Assembly (NCBI GenBank): GCA_041741455.1
Contig: JBGSJZ010000099.1
Coordinates: forward strand, 64,870-128,869
DNA: 64,000 bases
Direction: 5' to 3'
From: Anaerolineaceae bacterium
GTDB lineage: Bacteria > Chloroflexota > Anaerolineae > Anaerolineales > Anaerolineaceae
Numbering within the stretch: position 1 is the first letter of the stretch; each line of letters opens with the position of its first letter. Shown here piece by piece: positions 58,513 to 64,000 of the stretch. A program made the position numbers and the translations under genes. A model generated the notes under the pieces. That model made no database searches. It saw only the letters and a program-made list of their open reading frames with translations, and had not been told where the DNA came from.

Positions 58513-58908
58513 TCAGGCATCGTCAAAATCCGCACCGGAATCCGACATATCTGCCCCTAGATCGGGTAAATCGCGTTCGATTTCTTCCGGTGATTGACCT
58601 TTTTCCAGCCGGCCGACCACCTCATCAAACTCGGGCGGTAATTCTTCGCCAACTTGCCTGCTCATCTGGCGCATCATACGCCCAAGGGCGCGCGGATCCT
58701 CCTCCAGACCCTCCAAGCTGGATGGATCAGGAAGATCCTCCAGGCTGGAATCGGCGCTGCGGGTGACCCGGACTTTACCAATTTTGCGGGTCACTCGGTC
58801 ACTTTTGCATTGCGGACAGTTGACCGGTTTCTTCCCGTATTCTGAAAAGGTCATGAAGACAGAAAAACGGCGATTGCAATTCTGACAACGATATTCGTAG
58901 GTAGGCAT
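58513..58908 (-). CDS. FmdB-family zinc-ribbon protein
   Basis: Start at MPTYEYRCQNCNRRFSV ... CPQCKS (CxxC ... CxxC, TIGR02605-like). Acidic C-terminal tail. Confidence 0.7.
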   Translation of the reverse strand: MPTYEYRCQNCNRRFSVFMTFSEYGKKPVNCPQCKSDRVTRKIGKVRVTRSADSSLEDLPDPSSLEGLEEDPRALGRMMRQMSRQVGEELPPEFDEVVGRLEKGQSPEEIERDLPDLGADMSDSGADFDDA

Positions 58909-58978
58909 GTATCTCCTCTTTAGATAATATCCATTATAATCAGCTTCACTCAATTTTGAAGGCAAGTGCAGAAAATCT

Positions 58979-59602
58979 ATGAGCGAACCAATCAATTTTA
59001 ATGTCTATCATCCAGAACCGTTGTTAATTGTCATCTCTGGTCCATCCGGTGCGGGTAAGGATGCTGTGTTAAAAGAAATGCAAAACCGCAGCCTGCCATT
59101 TCATTTTGTTGTGACGGTGACAGACCGGGAAAAACGACAAGGTGAAGTCAATGGGGTGGATTACTTCTTTGTCTCAACGCAGGAATTTAAGGATTTAATC
59201 TCCAGCAAAGCTTTAATTGAATACGCCCTGGTTTATGGGCAATTCAAAGGCATCCCCAAGGCGCAGGTAGATGAAGCGCTGGCGAGTGGGAAGGATGTTG
59301 TTTTGCGGATTGATGTTCAAGGCGCAGCTAAAGTGCACGAGTTGTACCCTGATTGTGTGCTGATCTTCCTGGTGCCGGATGATTATCAGAAATGGTGCGA
59401 CCGGTTAGTGGCCCGGAAAACTGAAACTGCAGATACATTGCGCCTGAGGGTGAAAACTGCTCGCGAAGAAATGGGCCGGCTGGATGAATTTGATTACCTG
59501 GTGGTCAATCCACACGATCACTTGGATGATGCCGTGGACCGGATTGAATCAATTATCGATGCCGAACATCATCGAGTGTTGCAGAGGAAAATCAGGGGAT
59601 GA
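58979..59602 (+). CDS. gmk: Guanylate kinase
   Basis: P-loop ISGPSGAGK and guanylate kinase fold motifs. Confidence 0.95.
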   Translation: MSEPINFNVYHPEPLLIVISGPSGAGKDAVLKEMQNRSLPFHFVVTVTDREKRQGEVNGVDYFFVSTQEFKDLISSKALIEYALVYGQFKGIPKAQVDEALASGKDVVLRIDVQGAAKVHELYPDCVLIFLVPDDYQKWCDRLVARKTETADTLRLRVKTAREEMGRLDEFDYLVVNPHDHLDDAVDRIESIIDAEHHRVLQRKIRG

Positions 59603-60384
59603 GTAATAGACCGGAAAACACAACCAGCCATAAGGAGGCAGTCTCGCCACCGGCTGGAACCATGGAAATGTGGATCCGCATTCCAAGACGAAAACAGGGA
59701 ATGTCCATCTTCATTTTGAGTTTGACAATTGTGGTGTATGCAGTCCAGTTGTTGACACAGTATTTCTACCAGATTGATATTCCGCTGACCATGTTTGCTT
59801 TGAATTCGCAATTAATCTATCAGGGGCAATTCTGGAGGCTGATCACAGTTGTTTTGGTGCACGGGAGCATCCTGCATATTGGCTTAAATATGCTGGCCTT
59901 CTTCACCCTGGGGCGATCTCTTGAGCGGTTTTATGGACCCTGGCGGTTGTTGATAATTTACCTGCTCGGGGCAATTGGTGGAAGCCTCTTTCACTTCTAT
60001 TTTTCTGACCAGCTAGCAGGCGGTGCAGCAACAGGCGTTTTTGCGGTCGCTGCAGCCCAATTGGTCCTTTTCTTGCGCAATCGCTTTCTATGGGGTCAGG
60101 AAAACCGTCGTTTTCTGTTGAATTTCATGGGCATTCTGGGGTTGAACCTGGTCATAAACTTGTTCCCGGGTCTGGGCGGACTAAGCATGGTTGGCGGTTT
60201 TCTGGCCGGACTGGCGTTTGCATGGTTTGCTGGTCCACGCTTTAACCTCGCCATGTCTGAAGAAGACCCGAAGGTGTTCGACCTGGTCGATCGGGTGGAT
60301 TACCAAATCATCATTCAAGTGACCATATTATCATTGCTAGTCATGGGGGCTTTAGTCGCTTTACGGTATTTCTCTGCCATATGA
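59599..60384 (+). CDS. Rhomboid-family membrane protein, apparently lacking the catalytic Ser/His dyad
   Basis: TM2 motif WRLITVVLVHGSILHIGLNMLAFFTLGRSLERFYG is canonical rhomboid. The expected GxSG is GAATG (Thr), and the TM6 AH..G motif reads SMVGGFLAG (no His). ATGA overlap with gmk. Confidence 0.7.
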   Translation: MSNRPENTTSHKEAVSPPAGTMEMWIRIPRRKQGMSIFILSLTIVVYAVQLLTQYFYQIDIPLTMFALNSQLIYQGQFWRLITVVLVHGSILHIGLNMLAFFTLGRSLERFYGPWRLLIIYLLGAIGGSLFHFYFSDQLAGGAATGVFAVAAAQLVLFLRNRFLWGQENRRFLLNFMGILGLNLVINLFPGLGGLSMVGGFLAGLAFAWFAGPRFNLAMSEEDPKVFDLVDRVDYQIIIQVTILSLLVMGALVALRYFSAI

Positions 60385-60452
60385 TCTGTTCCAAAAATAT
60401 ATACCTGCTCTCCTGGGAGGGAGAGCAGGCTGAAGTTGATTTTGAACATTGA

Positions 60453-61751
60453 TTATTCGATTGTGGGGGGAACTGGCAGTTGGATTGCTAATAGATTTAC
60501 TTCTTGGATGTTGTCATTTTCTTCAATTCCCCGGATATCCCGATTGGTAAAGGCCAGGATTCCAACAAGAATGGTGATCGCTCCCCCGATGATGAACCAG
60601 ATGCGAATTCCCAACCAGTCAGAGACCGGACCAGCGATCAGCATGGCTAGAGGCATCATGGCTGTGGCGCCAGCAGAGATCAGTGTAAAGACCCGCCCCT
60701 GCATCTCCGGTGCGACTCGCTCCTGCATGATGGCGTGTAATGGTCCGTTTGCTATCGGCCCCATGAAACCCATAATGGCAGATGAAACAATAGCCAACCA
60801 GAACCAGTTACCTGGAGAAATTCCCATCAGTATGACTCCGAAACCGATGAATACAACACCGGTCAGGGATGTAAAGATCTTGCGTTTGAAACCTCCCCAG
60901 ACTCCCAGGGTCAGGCCGCCCAAGACAATGCCAATCCCGGTAGCGGCTTCCAGAGCGGACAAATGCCAGGCGTTGCCCTGAAAGACTTTGGTAACCATCA
61001 ATGGCAGGAGAGTGCCTGATGGAGCAAGCACAAAATTAATAGCAAGGGCCAGTAAAATAATAGAGAACAAACCCTTCCAGGCAACTACATACCTGAAGGC
61101 TACAGCAACATCTTTGGCCAGGCGTGCTGGGGTGATGACTTCATCTTTTACAGCGCTCGGGGGTTGAGGGATGACTACAAAAAGCAAAGGCAAAATGGCG
61201 ACCAAAGCTGTAACAACATCAATCCCCAGGATGCCATACATCGGGATGAGCGTCATTAGCAAGGCACCCATTGGAGGTGCAACAATATTCATTGAACCCC
61301 GCAAAGCTTGATTCAAGCCAGCGATGCGTGCCAGATGTTCAGAGGGGACCATAAGTGAGGTGGAGGCCTGCATGGCTGGCCAGTGGAAGATGCCTCCGAC
61401 CGATCGCAGGAACATGATTAGGTAGATATGCCAGGGTTGGACAATCCCGCTCCAGAAGATTATTCCCAGCGCGACGCTCGCCAGGGCAATGGCGCCATCT
61501 GCGATGATCATTACAACGCGCCGGTTGAGACGATCCACCAATGCTCCAGCAAAAGGGCCAATCAACACTTCCGGCAGGATGGCGACCAGGGTGGCTGTTG
61601 CCAGCACCGTGGCTGATCCAGTGGTTTGGGTAAGATACCAGACCAGAGCGAAGTTGATCAGGCCACTTCCTAGCAGAGAGAAAATCTGGCCGACCCATAT
61701 AGGGAAAAACGTACGTTTCCAGTTTACAGAGACGGTAATCGATTGTGACAT
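60453..61751 (-). CDS. MFS transporter
   Basis: 432 aa with 12 TM segments. MFS motif A-like GxxxDRxxRR (ALVDRLNRR). Confidence 0.8.
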   Translation of the reverse strand: MSQSITVSVNWKRTFFPIWVGQIFSLLGSGLINFALVWYLTQTTGSATVLATATLVAILPEVLIGPFAGALVDRLNRRVVMIIADGAIALASVALGIIFWSGIVQPWHIYLIMFLRSVGGIFHWPAMQASTSLMVPSEHLARIAGLNQALRGSMNIVAPPMGALLMTLIPMYGILGIDVVTALVAILPLLFVVIPQPPSAVKDEVITPARLAKDVAVAFRYVVAWKGLFSIILLALAINFVLAPSGTLLPLMVTKVFQGNAWHLSALEAATGIGIVLGGLTLGVWGGFKRKIFTSLTGVVFIGFGVILMGISPGNWFWLAIVSSAIMGFMGPIANGPLHAIMQERVAPEMQGRVFTLISAGATAMMPLAMLIAGPVSDWLGIRIWFIIGGAITILVGILAFTNRDIRGIEENDNIQEVNLLAIQLPVPPTIE

Positions 61752-61824
61752 TCAGATTCCTTACGTAAGTTATTACATCTGGAAAGTGTTGAGAATTCAC
61801 CTTTCGCATCTGCGAATCGAAAGA

Positions 61825-62220
61825 TTATTCGATGTAAACTTCTACATGCTCTCCATCCTCATCGTCAAAGACATCGACAATTTGGCCAAGTTCGCCATCG
61901 TTGATGAGTTGCATTAAGACTTCTGGATCCAGACCTTCCACCTGGGGGGCAAATTTAACACCCATTTTGATGCCAGCATTAATCACGCTGATGGGCATAC
62001 GGACATTGACCCGAGTCTTCCCGGTGTTAGTATCGGTGACCCGCACACGGAACCAACGATTGGTTTTCGAAGCAGGTGGGACACTGGAGGCGGTGAAATC
62101 CGTGGAGCGGGGGGTGGTGCTTTCCTCCAGCGCTTCCAATAATCCGGCAGCCTCATCCGGAGATAATTTCCCCTCCTGAATCATACGTAAAACACGTAAA
62201 CGTTCCTCTTTGTTTGCCAT
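61825..62220 (-). CDS. Hypothetical protein with N-terminal SHOCT/YvlB-like helix (RVLRMIQEGKLSPDEAAGLLEAL)
   Basis: 131 aa. 18 bp downstream of the DUF2089 gene on the same strand. Confidence 0.45.
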   Translation of the reverse strand: MANKEERLRVLRMIQEGKLSPDEAAGLLEALEESTTPRSTDFTASSVPPASKTNRWFRVRVTDTNTGKTRVNVRMPISVINAGIKMGVKFAPQVEGLDPEVLMQLINDGELGQIVDVFDDEDGEHVEVYIE

Positions 62221-62238
62221 TGTAGACCTCCTTTAACT

Positions 62239-62658
62239 TTAGGATCCTTCGGATCCGGATTCTTGTGCTTTGCGGCTGCGCAACCTGCGCTGAGCTTCTG
62301 CGAAATCTATTAGCCCTTTTTCCAAATCTTCCAAGACTTTACGTCGGTCATCCGTTGAAAGACGAACCGGTGTTTCATCTTGGGTTGGCTCAAAGCCCAG
62401 TGAACGTAGAATTTCGGTAAAGCGATTTCGCAGGGTGGGATAGGAAAATCCAAGCTCGTTTTCCAGGCGATTGAAGCGGCCTTCGCAACGGATAAAAGCC
62501 ATAAGGAAATTGACCTGTTCAGCAGTTAATTGCGCTAGTGGATTGATCGGCTGGCTGAATTGACCTTCGATGGTTGTCTCACACGAATGACAGTGCAGGC
62601 GGGTTACCGTCATTTCGCTGCCACAGACCGGACATCTGTTAGGAAATCGATTATTCAT
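62239..62658 (-). CDS. DUF2089-family protein (zinc ribbon + HTH-like)
   Basis: CPVCGSEMTVTRLHCHSCETTIEG zinc ribbon followed by the LTAEQVNFLMAFIRCEGRFNRLENELGFSYPTLRNR segment typical of DUF2089. Confidence 0.65.
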   Translation of the reverse strand: MNNRFPNRCPVCGSEMTVTRLHCHSCETTIEGQFSQPINPLAQLTAEQVNFLMAFIRCEGRFNRLENELGFSYPTLRNRFTEILRSLGFEPTQDETPVRLSTDDRRKVLEDLEKGLIDFAEAQRRLRSRKAQESGSEGS

Positions 62659-63010
62659 CTTACCTCCTCTATTTTCGTTCTATGAATTTAGTTGAACACA
62701 CTTAAGTTTAATTTATTAAAGATATTATAAATAATATTTATAAAATGTCAATAGATATTAATATAAATCAATTATTAATTCAATAAAATATGATTGGTAA
62801 AAACTATAAGCCGACTGCAGACCAAAATATAGGTGGTTTTTGGTAGACGATATCATCTGTTTTTGCCCCAGATAAATGATGCATTACCATAGGATCAGGA
62901 CACTATTTACGTTTGCTCAGGATGAGAAACAGCAAATTTGTTGAGGAATTTCTTGGATGTCTATTCGTTGGAAAGAGCCTTCGATTAATCCGTGGTGATG
63001 AACTGATTCT

Positions 63011-63053
63011 CCTGTATAATATTTTTCAGAATGGTTGTAAGGAGAGCATAATG
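63011..63053 (+). promoter_or_regulatory. Candidate promoter (CCTGTATAAT) plus leaderless 6-codon uORF overlapping the start of the XRE-cupin regulator
   Basis: The 10-mer is identical to the one at 78-87 and is again followed by CAGAATG. ATG at 63031 opens MVVRRA-stop, whose TAA overlaps the main ATG (TAATG) at 63051. Confidence 0.3.
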
Positions 63054-63698
63054 GATATTCTTGGAAAAGATGCAATTTCATCGGACGTTGGTGGGCGGTT
63101 GCGAAGCTTGCGCGAAGAACGCGGAATATCCATGCGGATGCTTGCTAAAATGAGTGGCTTATCCGCCAATGCGTTGAGCATGATTGAACGTAGTCTGACC
63201 TCGCCATCGGTTAGTACATTGAATAAGCTTGCTACAGCCCTGGAAGTTCCGATCACTGCTTTCTTCCAACAGGAGCCGGTAAGGCAAAAGGTGGTGTACC
63301 GTAAAGCGACAGAACGGCCGCGTGTTCCTTTCTTACGCGGATTATGGGAGGGTTTAGGTGGAGAGGAGTTTTTCGGCAGAGTGGAAGCCTTCCAGGTGAC
63401 CTTGGAAACCGGAGGCAGTAGTGGCCAGCACTCACTTGTCCATACGGGTCATGAGTTTGTGTATTGCCTGCGTGGGCAATTGGAATATGAGGTAGATCGA
63501 GAGCGCTATATGTTGGATGCCGGGGACAGCTTGCTGTTTTATGCACACCTAAGACATCGCTGGCGTAATGGCGGTAAAACTGTGGTGAATGCGATCATAA
63601 TCATTTCAGCATTTGATGAGATGGAACATCCAGGAAATTATCATTTCCATTCACTTGAAGAGAGCTCATTGGAAGAAGAACCAGAAAATATCGATTAG
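63051..63698 (+). CDS. XRE-family transcriptional regulator with C-terminal cupin domain
   Basis: HTH_3 (LRSLREERGISMRMLAKMSGLSANALSMIERS) plus cupin_2 beta-barrel. AAGGAGAG RBS. Confidence 0.8.
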   Translation: MDILGKDAISSDVGGRLRSLREERGISMRMLAKMSGLSANALSMIERSLTSPSVSTLNKLATALEVPITAFFQQEPVRQKVVYRKATERPRVPFLRGLWEGLGGEEFFGRVEAFQVTLETGGSSGQHSLVHTGHEFVYCLRGQLEYEVDRERYMLDAGDSLLFYAHLRHRWRNGGKTVVNAIIIISAFDEMEHPGNYHFHSLEESSLEEEPENID

Positions 63699-63817
63699 CG
63701 GAAGCAGATGTAAATCAAAGCCAAGGGAACTGCTCAAAGATCAGCAGTTCCCTTTATAATCAAAAAAGATATCCTGGTTTTGGCCAACTAGAAAGAATTC
63801 ATTGCCCAGACGACTAC

Positions 63818-64000
63818 TTACATATTCAGCCAGCGCGTGGCGAGATTTGGCAAATCACCCAAGGGTCCGACTTTCAATTTACATTGAGGCAGGGAGTCGA
63901 TAAACATTTTGCCATAGCGTTTGGAAATAATTCGCTTATCCAAAATGACGACAATACCCCTGTCGGATTCGGTGCGGATTAGGCGGCCAAAACCCTGGCG
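63818..64000 (-). CDS. 3' end (C-terminus) of a DinG/Rad3-family helicase; gene continues beyond window
   Basis: rc translation RQGFGRLIRTESDRGIVVILDKRIISKRYGKMFIDSLPQCKL...* matches the conserved C-terminal motif VI region of DinG-like helicases. Stop TAA at 63820-63818. Confidence 0.45.
   Translation of the reverse strand, partial: RQGFGRLIRTESDRGIVVILDKRIISKRYGKMFIDSLPQCKLKVGPLGDLPNLATRWLNM

Noticed and set aside
1-64000. CRISPR arrays, IS elements, integrases, prophage blocks, rRNA/tRNA genes
   Set aside because: There are no direct-repeat/spacer arrays, no transposase or integrase-like ORFs, and no rRNA-like conserved stretches. No tRNA cloverleaf was recognised in intergenic regions, although a tRNA search by eye is not exhaustive.

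Overview
This is a 64 kb chromosomal window from a mid-GC bacterium. The gene content (Tad pilus, glgA-glgC-malQ, split methylmalonyl-CoA mutase, FtsH, many leaderless-looking starts) resembles Chloroflexota/Anaerolineae-type genomes, but that is inference only. The window is densely coding. It holds about 64 protein genes on both strands. No rRNA, tRNA, CRISPR array, transposase or integrase could be recognised by eye.

Recognisable core genes:
- ruvX, mltG, a ROK-family polyphosphate glucokinase, a 7Fe-type ferredoxin, sodA and an EamA transporter.
- A glycogen module malQ/glgC/glgA joined by ATGA overlaps.
- cinA, yraN, miaA, an acyl-CoA synthetase, ftsH, efp, hpf and comF.
- A five-gene Tad/Flp pilus assembly operon (cpaB, REC-cpaE, cpaF, tadB, tadC).
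- sucCD, methylmalonyl-CoA mutase catalytic subunit plus epimerase, an ABC-2 exporter cassette, an L,D-transpeptidase and an M32 carboxypeptidase.
- A SerA-like dehydrogenase, plsC, a MacAB-like efflux system, gmk and several MFS transporters.

Most gene ends carry clean perfect-stem, often bidirectional, rho-independent terminators.

What deserves a second look is a set of unusual architectures and gene pairings rather than one obvious island:
- An MtaD-like amidohydrolase fused in-frame to a CYTH (triphosphate-tunnel) domain. It sits in the same minus-strand gene run as a stand-alone cNMP-binding protein and an orphan type-1 periplasmic-binding-fold lipoprotein.
- A COG4260 SPFH/Band-7 protein carrying an excisionase-type HTH at its C-terminus, preceded by an all-helical unknown.
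- An orphan baseplate-J-like membrane protein translationally coupled to ruvX.
- A rhomboid homologue that appears to have lost both catalytic residues.
- A P-II-like protein overlapping a CPA2 antiporter by one nucleotide.
- An ASKHA/DUF1786-like protein paired with a stand-alone ACP.
- A HAD-DinB_2 fusion coupled to a Cys-rich small protein.
- A shared promoter-like motif (CCTGTATAAT-N-CAGAATG) that predicts leaderless translation at two unrelated loci.
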